DNA of 64,000 bases from Balanoglossus misakiensis (lineage: Eukaryota > Animalia > Hemichordata). The translations under genes and the position numbers were made by a program. The stretch covers positions 434,001 through 498,000 of the forward strand of contig CM082593.2 of the NCBI GenBank assembly GCA_040954595.2, in the 5' to 3' direction. Each line of letters begins with the position of its first letter. The first letter of the stretch is position 1. Positions 26,943 to 40,611 of this stretch are shown piece by piece. A model generated the notes under the pieces. The model was not told where the DNA came from, did no database searches, and was given only the letters and a program-made list of their open reading frames with translations.

Positions 26943-27447
26943 CTTCGTTTACAAAACTTCGTATAATACTGGCAGTAGGATGCGCGTACTTATCCTTTGA
27001 GAACTTCTGATACAACTCCAACATGTACTCAGGCACGGCCTTATTAGAAAGGGCATCATCATCACTGTCATTATTATCACGAAGTTTTAAGTCCCGACTA
27101 TCTTTACTTGCGTCGCTTGCTTGTCCGGCTATGAAATGATGAAAGTTGTAGTCTTCTACATCATTGACATCGCTGTCGGCATCCTCATCATCGACGGCAA
27201 AGAAATGCGTGATGTCTGGAAACTGAGATCCCAGTGCCAGGTTGTGATTATGTCCTCTAAGCATGTTGCTGTAACCTAATTTCGAGGCTTCCGTGCTGTC
27301 AGTTTGGTCGACGTTTATTGTTGAGTGTCCAGAAGACAAAGAGGCACTCTCCGCTGTGTCTGTCTTGATAACCCTGGCGAATAGAGTACTTAATATCAAC
27401 AGACTCCAAATGTTCAGTTTGAGACTCCAGACCAATTTTGCCGCCAT
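26943..27447 (-). CDS. BMP10: BMP9/10-type (GDF2/BMP10) TGF-beta family precursor, exon 1 of 2 (signal peptide and N-terminal prodomain)
   Basis: ATG 27447 and signal peptide; PEYMLELYQKFSKDKYAHPTASIIRSFVNE closely resembles the vertebrate BMP10 prodomain motif PEYMLELYNKF...ANIIRSFKNE; donor GAAG|GTAATT, phase 1, 505 nt. Confidence 0.88.
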
Positions 27448-28786
27448 TCTTGTCAGAGTAAACGAAGCCCAAAGCTTTCACTTCAAGATAGGCTTCCACT
27501 TAAAATCTGATTCGGTTGAATTGGTGCACAGATATCAACTCCTTCTCAAATTTTAACCCTTCTTGAAGTAAAATCGCAACATTTTGTAGATTTACAGCTG
27601 AACGTCAGACTTCCTAATTTAGTCAGAAAATTGCTTCATAATTCCACACACGGCTTGAATTCCGATTGCAAATAAGAATTTTTTGGTGGTCGTGACATCC
27701 ATTCTCGGCTTTAAGTACTTGTTTACATAGATAACTTCAGTACTTTGAGATTAAGAACATTACTCATTCAAAGTGTCAGAGAAAACCGATAAGACATGAA
27801 AACTTAGTTTTTCTTGATGACAAACTGGAAATGAGTAATTCATTGAGTAAATATGCCCCAAAGTGAACACTGTTACAAGTATATCAAGTGGACAAATAAT
27901 TAAAAATGTACAGAAAGTGACATAAGGAAATATTTCATAATCTGTCGCCTTTGCAGTGCCCAACATTGAGCAAACTAAATGGGCTTTTAAAAACTTTTCA
28001 AGATCACTGATTACACTCAAAGTTGGCCATGTCTACTCTCGTCAAACGTTAAAAGAAACACTGCATTCCTAAATTAAGAGCTCTGATAAGAAAACGTTTT
28101 CAGCTATTTTATCGTTCCTGTTGAACTGAAAGAAGCTTCACTGGCCTTTAACTGCGTGGATATTCTTGTACTTACAACCACTCAGAAAGCTAATTGTTGA
28201 TATTCCGATCAATAATTAGGACTGATCATGGTTACTTAAGTATGGTAGCAATTGGTATATTTCTGTATTATCAGAAGATTTCTTAGGAGAAAGCTTGCAA
28301 AACTGAGCTATCCAATTTTTCTTGTGAAAAGTTTGCATACAGCTAATGAATATGCTTTGTATGAAGAGGAGTGCACAGTCAAGGAAGTGGCTGGTCACCA
28401 TAGCAACCAGCGGTAATTGCCACTTAGTTGAAATATGTCAAAACTGCCGTACAGTAGGAAGTCAGTCCAAGGGAGACATTTTTGAGAATATATGTACTCA
28501 GACATGTAAGCTTGTATCACATGCAGTATTAACCACTTCAGTTTAATTAGTGGATCAGCCAGGGTCTGCATGCCATGTTCTTTGCCCTCCGGGTTGAGTT
28601 ACAACCATGTACACAAAAGCAGAAAAGGATTATCGGTTGGTCAACTTCTATGACGTTTAATTTTCTGAAAATTTGATGAAAAGAGAACTAGTATATAGAT
28701 CTTCACTCTGCATAAATAAAACTAGAAATTGTTTTTTTCGGAAAGCAGGTGCATTCTAATTTGATAGTTGAAACATATTACATGTT

Positions 28787-28912
28787 TACTGCCCTCTATT
28801 GGTGGGCAATGTATCCAAATCACACACATGGTGTCTACTGCCCTCTATTGGTATGAAGATCACCCTTGTGTGTCTTCTGCCCTCTATTGGTGGGCATTGT
28901 ATCCAAGTCACA
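28787..28912. repeat. Three-copy tandem repeat with core CTGCCCTCTATTGGT (CTCF-like motif on minus strand)
   Basis: Core begins at 28789, 28838 and 28877. Copies 1 and 3 also share GGGCA(A/T)TGTATCCAA(A/G)TCACA. Confidence 0.8.
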
Positions 28913-31900
28913 TGCACTCCAGAAATTTAAAAAGATAATTTCCACGCAAACTAGGGACTGGCATTGCGAGAAAGCTATATTAAACCTGGTAGATTTTCTG
29001 TAATTTAAATGTTTGGTGTAATATAATGTAGGAGAGACAGAAACAATCATTACATCACTGAAATAGACCATTTTTCAGTATATTAAGAGTTTTAATTTGC
29101 TACTTAAGTAATAACTTTTATATTGGGTGTTTAATGCTACAGGGAATAGTGGGTCAACTATGCTCTATGTGACTTGTATACTTGATGTGTCCGGATTTAT
29201 TAGCGACAAAGAGAGAGGCTTTAACCCAGTCGATGTAATCACTTTAAAATGGGCAAGACGTGTTTTGCATAAATCCCAAGGCAACATTGTAAAAACCCTA
29301 CCCTCATCACAAATTGTACGAAATCGTAATTTTCTCCAGGAGGATGAGACCGGCGCCAGGAGATTTACCTCAGGGTTTAATTTCAACGACTTACGGATGT
29401 CGGTTTTGCGCTGATGTGGGAATTCAATAAGCAAGTACGTCGATGTTTGAACGTGATTAAACTTGCTACAGTAACACTGTGTTTTCCGTCTACCCTGCCA
29501 GGTTTGTTTGGGCAAATCAAATTTAATTGACGGTACACACAAAAATTACTATTTAACTAATGTTAGAAGCGAAAAACGTGACACGATTGCAAAGTATTTC
29601 ATTCTTTCATCTATTGATACGTTGGCCTATTTAAAAGATTGGCACAGCTGTACTTACTGTGCAAATTATCGACTTTAAATTGATATGAAGTGTTGACTAG
29701 CTTTAAACAATTTTCTTTGAGTTATAAAATGACTTCTTTATAAGTACTTTGTTACGGGATATATAACGATGAAATGCATTCATACTGGAGATGTGTTGCC
29801 ACAGCGACAAACAAGTTTTAGGACTGGTACACGACAAAAATTACTTCATAAAACTATATTTATTTGGTCATTTCCCCTCACCTGCTTCTAACTGTTATTT
29901 GTAACTATCCAACTCAAACCTGCTCGGGCATCTTGGGGAAGAACTAGCCTTGTGACATAAAGACTCGCACCCCTGAAAAAAACATCCATAGGGTTTGCGA
30001 TAATCCTGCGTTTAAAGAGGCGGTTTGCACCAGAGAGAAATTACCAATAGACATGCCTGTGACCTATGACCCCACGTTTTGTTGCACCGGATGAAATCAA
30101 AGTGAATGAGGGTTCTGTGTCAGTCTGTCTGACACCAATTACTCCCCTCCAGGTCCAAAACACAAAACGAAAGAGGGAAGTCTCCTAGGGGACCCTACAT
30201 AATCTGTAAATTCAATAAGAAAAAATGTAATCTAATTTACCCTCTTCTACCTAAATGACAAAAATTGGAGAATGTTTGCATCGGAAATAGAACACAGCTG
30301 GGAGACAGTAATTTTATTTTGGGGTTGCTATAGTTACCTCTATCGGCGGGTCAAATTGATTTCCTTTTCAACTACGCCTTGTCACATTCCAACAGAATCT
30401 ATCATTACGGAGTAATGTATTTTGGGGATCATATTTTATGGCCACGTTCCAGAAAATGGAAATTATTAATTGGGTCAGATAGATTCAGTCAGCATTCCAT
30501 TGCATTTAGCCAGCGTCTGAATAGTAATGCAATACCTCCTAGCAACGCCAGTCACGCGTTAATTGAAAGATAACAACACACTGAAAATATGTAATACAGC
30601 ACTAGCTTTTTAAATTATTTAGATTTTAAGTCGCTTCTGTAGCGTCTTATCTTCTTTCCTACATGCTCCTCGCGATGTAGTATAGTATGAGATTTCAAAT
30701 GAGGCAGTATCCGCCTCAACCCATGGAAAGTATGAGCATGATTGAGAGAGTAAATATAGGAAAAGTCTGAGTTCTCAAAAGAACTTTAGGTGTCGTATCT
30801 AGTGGACGAACTTCAGTTATTTTTTGACAAGTGTATCAATAACAAGTCGCATTTATCAGAGTCGTGAGAACATGAAGAAAACTTCTATTAACTATGATTT
30901 GATTGAAAATTCTTGACTTGGATTCTCTAGTGTGTTAATGACGTTTGAATGATTTATGGTATATTTTGATTCTTAGAAATCATTTTGCTGAGTTGAGCAC
31001 TTTTATCCATTCATGATAGAATATATGCCTTGAAAACACGTTATTAATAATCGAAAGGAGAAAGTTCATTAGGTCAGGGAATTCATCGCTTTTAGAAAGT
31101 AAATGAATACTTAATTATTTCATTAAGATATAGTGTGAAAAATTCATGTTATTTTACAAAGATGAATACATTCACATATCTGTTTAACATTTGTATTTAC
31201 TGACAATCTGTGTTCTGCAGTAATTAATTTCTTTCGGTGTTGTTATCAAAATGACTACAGGGCTACGTGTCTTCGTATTCAAACCCACCATTGAGTTCTT
31301 ACTTGTCAACAAACAAAGGTGAAAGCAGCTAGATCAACAGCAGTATGTGTGGATTCTTTGGAGTATCCAGGAACCTGCTGTTAGCTGAGCGCTCTTTCTA
31401 GCTTCGGGGATAAAAGTTATTGAGATAAGGATTTGATAGCTCGTCTCAGTTCTGGTTATCGCAGGCCCGGCTCAGCATCATCGACAAACGTCGAATCTGC
31501 TTGCTCGCTAAAGAAATTGACAATCTTCTCTTTCATGTAATGTCTCGGGACAGCAGACAATGACATCTAGAAGTGGAAGCTGTCCGATCTTATCTGCATG
31601 CAGCAGTTGCAATTTCTTAAATGGTGTCCTTCAGCTGAGCTGCTGTCTCCATTGATGAAACTTCATGTTGAGCATCCCACACTAGATTCTCAGTCGTGTC
31701 AGTTTTTACGGCCTGGCTATCTTATATGTCTTCAGTGCTGTCGACTTTGATTTAAGTTGCGGCATCAATAATGGAACTGACGACACTGCGCTTGATGTGC
31801 CTTCACTGTACAGAGAGGCTCAGTAACGTCTGTACCAAAACAGACGCCAATGGAGCTTATAAGACATATTTGACTCAAAACCTAAAAATTAAATATTCAT

Positions 31901-34900
31901 TTTTACAGCAAATTCGTCAGTAACTCTGCCATCCTAACATGCTTAATTTATAGTATCATTAAATCTTCCTGTCTACGTCTATTTTGCAAGTAATCCGAGT
32001 GCAACATTGTGACCGACACTGAACCGAAAATACTCTAATCCATAATGGCATGTTATAAATCACCGTCGATTTTATCAATTTCACGCGTTGTTGTCGATTT
32101 TATCCTTTCTCCCTGGAGATGCTTGGCACATGCGTGGCTACTGTTGTGCGTTCTTAATCCGAGAAAACGCTGTACTTTTCAGTCGTAAATATTCCGATGC
32201 AATCACCATCTGGTGCACTTTACTGATTTCATGATGACAGGTTCGGAAATTGTTCGCGTGAATAAGCACGATCGGTGTCTTAAGTCGACACGCCACGAAA
32301 AAAGCTGAATTAGAAAAGTCGTGATAGCGGATGACCTCTGACCCTGTGACGTAATTGGTTTTACAGAATTGCATTCATGCAATCGTGCCACAGATCAACC
32401 CATCTGCTGATTTGATCACCATGCTTTGTAATCAATGTGCGTGATGAAAAAGACACTGCCGAAGCGCGTCAAACGACACTTTGAATAATCCGCAAGTGAT
32501 TTCGGCTGGTTTCTGTAGTCTACATCGTTCAAGAGAGGACTTAGATAAGAATCCAGACGAAGAATGGCAGGGATTTGCCCTGACTATCAGATCGTCTGTG
32601 ATTTCCTGTACATTTAAAGTAATGAGAGATCATAATCAATTGCTCAGACTGCATGCCAATAATGTCCAAGAAGATATAACCGAGTATTGTCACCTTACAG
32701 CAGCAATGCTGTGCCAGATTTTCTACAAAGAAAACCTTATATTGGCAACATTAAATTTGATTTGGTTAGTTTACTTGAAACTGCAAATTAGGTACTCAAC
32801 ATATTCAAGACAACTTAACTTCAAGAGTGGATGACACTTGATATATAACGAATGAGTTTGATCCAATGTGGCGTAGCTCCAGATTGTTAAGGCATAAGCC
32901 CGCATAATCGACGAAACTAGTTCATTTTCTCACCGAACTACATATATTGTATGCGCAAAGTCGAAGTTGAAAAGAAACTCGAATCCACAAGGAAGCCCTC
33001 CAGGGGGAAACGCGTTTTACGTTCTTGATAAGCATATATGCAGTAAAAAAGTAGGATTTAAGGTGCACATATCGATGTAAATTACGGCAGTCCCTGGTAA
33101 TCCCGATCGTGATAAATCAGAAAGTCCTTGCTAAGTACTATCTCATAAAAGCATTGATGTTGTGCCATAGTAAATCGTCATCGCTGAAGCACATGCCCCA
33201 GACAGACAGATTCATGATATTTAAGTTAGTCTTGCCATATTTCAAAACCTTTTAGACGTAATTGATATGGAAAAGAAGGCATGAATATTAGCGATAGATA
33301 GCGTGTGAGAACATGAAGCTACCTTTCCGATGCATACACTTAAGAGATAACCGTGATGACATTTTGAATATGTGCGCGGAACATTCAAATACAATAGCGA
33401 ATGTACACCGTAACTTGAAAATGAATTTCTACATCCAATCAGTGCAATGATTGACAGATTCGAGAAAACATTTCAGTGTCAGAAAGGTATCTAGAGACAT
33501 AGGGACCTAATAACAGGTAACCCCAATAACAGACTTTAACAATGTGTGAGATTACACTTTTAGTAAGCTCAGTCGATTGTCGGTTACCATGGTTGCTTGG
33601 CATAATAGTGCAAAGCTTTGGGTTTGTGCTATAAGCTGGCTGGTTCGTCATAAAACGGTCTCCGTGATATAATGGCTCAATTGTTAAGGCATTGGTGTAA
33701 ACGTTACAGTTGGTATATGTATCTGCTGTCACGGTTCGTAAACCAAGTGGAGTGTAACTTGTTAACAGGCCATATATAATAGAAATCCACTTGACCTGAA
33801 AACGCAAAAAATACAAGAACTATTTCCTCACAACCTTGAGAGGGCTAGTATATCTTCTTTCGTCTTACCGGTTGTGGTGTTTCCGTTTTTCCTTTTCATT
33901 TTTAGCACATCCGTCGATGTGACTGTATTTTGTCTTTCATCACATTGTGTACACTAACGATTTGCTGTTGTACTGTGTCCCCTTCCCCATCTCTTTCTCT
34001 CTCTCTCTGCTTTCATTGCCATTGCTACTTATTTTCATAATATTCTGCTACTTTTGTGAGTCGCTTTCATCTCATACCAATAATCTTCACCCCTCGACGA
34101 GACTATTCAGGGTATTTTGTCAAGATCACCGTTACATAGGAATTGTATCCAACTGTGACTGGCCAATACATCCACTTAAGATTTCCGCCATCATGTCTCC
34201 CCTGACTGCACAACATCCAGATCACTTTCCTTGCAATGTCTCCAAGTGTCTCAACCAGGTCGCTACGGGTTACATTGTCGTTCATCTCTTAGGATTGATA
34301 ACGTGTCTACTTTCTCTAAAGGTGTCCTCTTTTGGGTCTGTGGTCACAGGATGAATACATTATCAAACAGGTTTATCCTAGTTTCCCACAGTTTTTGATA
34401 TGACATAACTCAAGCTTATCAAGCTGCCTTCACAACATTCACCTCACAAGACTTTCAAAGAGTTGTTCTGGGGAACTTGAAAGATACTTTATGAGCTCTT
34501 AAATTCTACAGAACTGTACATTTGAAGAAACACTATTGCTTATATCAACAATCATGCGTCGAGTGACATCTAAACTGTGCGACAAAAGTCGGCTTTTTCT
34601 CTGAGTTCATTCACAAAGTCCACTCAGCAGAAACTGAAAACCAACGTCAGTGGTCACAAGCACTGTGTGAATACATAGTAATTCAACCCAATAGTTTAGG
34701 TGTTATTTTCCATGTAAATCAAACCAGTCAATGTTTATTCACCACTTCATGTGCTTGAACAACTTCTCCATTCTGTTAGCAATATCCTTGAGAATATAAC
34801 CTGCACTTACATCTCGTTTTAATTATTTTGAGATTTATTTGACGCGGTACACGCATGCTCTGCACAATATTTTCATTTTAGCCAACAGTACCATCAAAAT

Positions 34901-37900
34901 GACCACAGACCTAGCAGAGAATGGTTGTAAAGGAGAAGGCTGTTAATCACCATCCTTAAATTATTACTATTACTTTATCGAAAACTTATGTTGGGAATGT
35001 TAACGTTGGCAATATCGGCAATTGGCGTAAGATTTGTCCAGTCTTCACAGTTTCGTCACAACAAAAGGTCACATTCACTTTTACAAATCACTACATCAGC
35101 ACAAGCGTGTTAAGTGCTGCAGGCGTGACGTTCCTTTGCAATCTTCTCAAATGCGCAACGCCACACGATAGCGTTGATCTGACTGAAGGACTCGTTTACC
35201 GCCCACTGTTTTCTTGAACTTCTTGTCGTTTCCCATGAATTACCGGCGTTTTCATCCGTTCTGTGTGCATAAAAGAGAGATTTGCGTAACGCAAAGTCAA
35301 AGGCTTTGACTTCAGAAGCATAAAACATGTCGGTGAAGTGCTTTTGATGGAAATTTATCCGCGGGAACACTGCGGAGAAGTGTGAAACTCGGTATGCGAG
35401 GATATCGCTTAGCGACTTGACTGATGATTTTTTTCCTGCCCGACTACAACCGCCAGCCCTTGTCTCATAGAGCTAGGAAGCAAAATTTTACATCACTCTC
35501 AAACCAATCATAATATGTTTCCAGGTGCTGTACAGTGTTTGTTGCTTGCCGATTTCTAGTGATCAGAAGGGTAGATTTTCAATAATTAGAAAGACAACAT
35601 GCAGGCCTCACAAAATAATATTTATAGTTGCTGTAGGTAATTTATTAAGAACATTTTAGACAAATGACTAATTTGGAAACTTTTAGAGATTCCACTTAGG
35701 TGATTAGGGAAGAATTCGATCAAGTGGAAATGTACACAAACGACTAGATGATTAAATTGTCTTCATGTATAATATCTACTAATTTGTGAAAATCGATTGA
35801 AGTACCTAAGGGAATAAATTAATCGACGATTATTACACAGTCCTAATGAATAATTCTGCAATTGTTGGTGTTCGCGCACAGGAGAAATAACTCTTCCTAA
35901 ATATGCATCTTACGTTTTTTGCTTGTAACTGCCCTGCAGACATTTTCCTGACTAAATTATGATATTTAACCCTTTCTCCATCATGGTTAAGTCCAAACCC
36001 ATTGTTTCCTGTCTGCTTGCCCAATCCACCCCTCCCAGAGACTAGCAAACTTTAACCAGCCATGCAGAATAATATACTTCGTGAATTACCCGGGACCACA
36101 TCTGGCAAATGCTCGTAGTAAATTTCGTTTGCCATTAAACTGAAATAGAGTGAGTTCTACCCATCGATAAAGCTGATTTAGAATAAAATTCAAATCGTAT
36201 ATTTACAAATTAAGCAGACATTTTTCGTTTTCGATAATGAAGTTTGCAAACAAGTCTGATTCATTGGCAACGTTTTTATTTCGAGTGCATCCAAACAATT
36301 CTCTTAACACCAGCAGTATAAAAATAGGAAATACAAGCTCTGCTGTACCGCACATCCGTGACTAATCTAAAAATCTATGCAATTGGTTCTTCCAACTTTT
36401 CGGACCGACTTCTATCCGACTCTAATCAATTTACCTCAATTTAACAACCCGAGAAATTGTGTTTTATCACATTATGTTCGGATTTGGGTTTCGCAGAATT
36501 GATTTGACTGTAAATGTCTCGCCGGTAATGAAATCGCCTGCATCAACAAATGATCTGACAAATTAAATGACAAAAATGTCATGACATTTCTGTGAATGAA
36601 AGGAACCACTTCCGTTTTACAGAAAAGAAAAAGAATCTTCGTCGGCTCAGTGAAAACCATTTTCGATATATTAATGCCATGAAGACTGACCCCTGAAACA
36701 ATTACCACTCATGCAACCTTTTCAAGCACGCTTTATTCTTCCACATTAACATTATATAATGACTCTAATCATGTTTTCCACACAGTCACTGTGGAATGAC
36801 CTTGTTGTAGGGTCACTCAAAGCAGTTACAGGTAGCTTTGATTGACAGATACGGCCCCGGGAATTTCTCTGCCTCGGTGGAAATCAAATTCTCATGGTAA
36901 TTTGCAATAATGCAATTCTCACTCAACAGAAAAAAATACGAATGCCTCTTAGCATAGAGCTCTGAAATTTCCACCAGTGAAGTAAAACAATTTTCAGTTT
37001 CTGTCACCGTAAAATAGGCCAATCTTTTATTTCCACTTCGATTTATTTTTATTACTAGACGGCGTGTCAAATGCAATGTCAGACTTAACTGTTTAATTTG
37101 ATTTTCTCAAACTGGAAGATGTTATTTGTTGCTCATTTCTATAGGCATTAAAATCCCAATGCTGTGCGATTTGACCTTATCAAGTTATAGCTAGACTAGT
37201 TCTCCGAATTCAACGTGTATGATTTGCCGCAATGTCAACGTATTCAGACCAGCCAGAAAAGTATGTTGACTTGAACCAGCCTTTTGTGACAGTTCCTGTT
37301 TTTAAAAAGCCGTTAAGCACTCCGTGAAACAAACATGCAGACAGACGGACGGACAGGAAAACACAGAGTAACAGTATATGAATGCTAAAAACACCCACAC
37401 AGGAAGACTAAAACGCAAAAAAACAGCTAACAGGAAACCTCAGAATTTTGAGTGGGTACAGTAAGACATATTCTTTATAACATTTTATTTAAAATTTCCT
37501 GGTTGCCGACCGATTTGACATGCTCAATAAGCATTAAGCAAAATAGGTCAAGTTCACCACTACATAATGCTGGTCACTTGAGAGGATTAAGTCCCATGCT
37601 TTACCACAAACTTACTGAAAAAAAGGAAATTTCACTCCACTATCATAATATTGATCTCCTTAATGGTTTGTAGTGATAGTCTCCACTCAGGATTGTTTTA
37701 ACGCACGATTTATGACTTTGAATACAATATTTTGAGTTGCTTTAGATGATAACAGTGATTATTTATTTAATTTGATTTACCTTTATAGAATTTGACGAAA
37801 CAAAATACATGTGATTAAGTCACACCAAGGGGAACCTGTCTTATATGATCATACACGCCCCAGCCCATTGATAAATTCTCCATTATGACGCCAATGTGTT

Positions 37901-40611
37901 ATGATTTAGAAACAGAACAGTGTCAGTTAATTAAGGAAATGTATTGATTGTTATCCGTAATGGTTTAATTCACTTTTGACTCTGGAGTCATTTATCAAAA
38001 TACAGACTGCATATGAAAGGCAAGGTACATAATTGCCCGGATTCTCCAGTTAACATGTCCGGAGAATATTTACATTTCTTGCGAGCAAACATAAGTCCAC
38101 CCATGTACCTATATACACTTCTGTTTGAATAACTAATGGCCAATTATTGTGGCCCATTTATATCCCGTCCTTGGTTGGTATTTTGAAAATGAGATCATGT
38201 TCTCAATATGCTCCAGCAGTCACTTTATGAATTAAATATCAACAGAGCTTTTGAAATCATGTTACACTACTTCTCGTTTGAACTGCATTTTATCAGGTCA
38301 TGCTGGGTACACACGTGTGCCTGCAACGTGAATCCACATGTTTTCAGTGTATATTATAGGTCTGCCTGTTTCTGTTTATATTTAATATATTTGGCATGGG
38401 TCTTCTCCCCCTACTGCGCATTTCCAAAACACGACCACCCCTTCAATCCACCCCTGGTTGGGGAAACTGATGAGTCCTGAATACAGTTTATTAAATACAG
38501 AGACATCAGAGCAAAGGGAAATTAACTTACTAAACATTACATGGACGTCCGTAACGTGACCGTTTGCATTATCGATTTTCCATTTTCATGATTGTGAGTG
38601 CCGTATATGACTTTTGACTTCATAATGTGTCTGTGTTTGTAAGGACCTAACTTTACTTGTTTTAGATATATTGTGTGGTAAGGTACCATCTTAGAATTTT
38701 TTGCCCTTTTTTCAGTAATTGTGTTTTGAAGTAACTATATTTAAAACATCAGTGAGATTTTGTTAAAAGCTCTCAGAGTGAATGCACTCTATAATGGCAG
38801 TGTAGTCACGAGATCACAATCTAAAATTGCCATTCTGAAGGCAATTAAGTAAGGCTTATTTGCTCATTGTATGCCCAAGGTGAATGTTCTCTCTCTCTCA
38901 CGAAAGCAGTCGGTAATTTACAAGTGTTTATGACTACAGCGATAGCATTATAAGAGCCAATGTAATAGAATATAAAGAGGAATGAAGCCTATGTTGAGTA
39001 GTTATTTTGCAGAAGGACTTTTTTAACAAAGCACATCTATTCTTTAACATTTTCAGTTGGCACTTCGGGCAGAGAAAAAATAGTGAGGTTTCTGATATTA
39101 CTCTTACAATAATGAAACGTATATTGACTTTGAACCATTTCAGCATTTTGAAATTGTGCCATCTGAACAACCATCCAACTAACAGCGGCTTTGTGACACT
39201 GAACGTTTACAACATATATTTTTAGATAGGTTGCTTTCGGATATTATACCTTTACCAGATAAATGAACACCCACAATGAGGAGAGATTTTCAGGAAGACC
39301 AAAGTTTAATCATGCAGAGACAGACTTAAACCAAGAAAATATTGATTGTATGAACGTTGCATGGTTATCGTATCTTTTCACCTATTGGAAGCTGGTAATG
39401 AAACAGTCTACATGAACAAGTAATCCCTAGAAACGCAAAGTATTAAGGAAAACGTGACCTGCATTTTACAGTCCATTGGGCGCCTCCCGTACACCTGATT
39501 CCAAATGTTTAATTTCAAAAATCCAGGAACGACTTACTGGCATTCTGGGTAACATGTCTAATTCATGGCTTTTTGTCTAAGCCAATCAGACTCGCTGTAG
39601 TCATGGTGACGCCCTGTAGAGCCCATCCCTCGATGCACGCATACGTCATCTTCTCATATACATGTTTTACGCACAGCATTACCGATTTTATGCTACATGT
39701 ACCGGAGTAAATGGACTGACTTGAAGAAGGAGATTCCCCGGACAGCAAGAACCAGTGGATTTTAATTTTCCTGCCAGTGATATGACAGAATAGAAGACTG
39801 ACCAATTGCAGAAGGGGACACTTCCATTGCGAGAAGCATAGTATGAGTCAACGTACTAGGGTTGGTTGAGGACTCCATATTATGCTGGGGAACTCTCACA
39901 CGTGAATTATGTTTTCGTCGCTGTATATTTCATCGCACGCGGTGGTTACGATCAGAAGTGAGTCAGGCTAGTGACGGTAAACTAGACATTTCCGAGGGAA
40001 GCTCTCTCGGAAGGAGGGAATGATTGTCTTCACCTAACTGAGCCTGTCTGTACCGACAGCCAAGACTGGATCACTGAAGACACACATGTATACATTTCAA
40101 GGTGAGCTGCAGACTCGATCTTGCAGGACTGTGTATACGTGATGCTGTGCTGTGTACAGTAAACATCGATTTTCCACTTTCACATCGAATGCAGCGTTTC
40201 AGACAGACCACATACAGAAACTCTACCAGCCGTGTCAGTATTTCACTGTTCCGTCGCTAAGAACACACTGACCCATTAAGACTTTCCATTCAGTCTGCAT
40301 GTACGAGTGTTTACAATCACGATTCAGTCGTTTTCTCATCGGTCGGCGTATCATGCCTTCAGCTGATTGACTTCCTCGCCTTGGGCATCTCTGGCAGTTT
40401 TGACAGAGCTGGTGGTTTGCAGTCTCTACCCTGCTGTGCAGGTACATTTCCAGCACGTTAACTTTACTAAATACACTACTATGTAGTTGAGTTTTAGCTT
40501 AAGCAATCGCTTGTGTTTGTGTCACCAACCGTGCAACCGGAGACATTTATTTTCACTGACCACGACTTCAGTGTGTGTGGTGTTTTTCACTCCGAGTATA
40601 TCAACAACATT

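Noticed and set aside
28787-28912. Repeat-spacer pattern resembling a mini CRISPR array
   Set aside because: Eukaryotic context, a 15-bp core, only three units, flanks shared between copies, and no cas genes.
29347-29357. AGAC next to GGCGCC as a BMP-responsive Smad element (also AGAC-N4-GTCGCC near 59278)
   Set aside because: The spacing does not fit the GRCGNC-N5-GTCT consensus, and such short motifs are expected by chance.
40513-40611. N-terminal extension of the unknown ORF given in the ORF track
   Set aside because: It starts at GTG, a non-canonical start in a eukaryote; the first ATG with good context is 40612. An upstream coding exon cannot be fully excluded.
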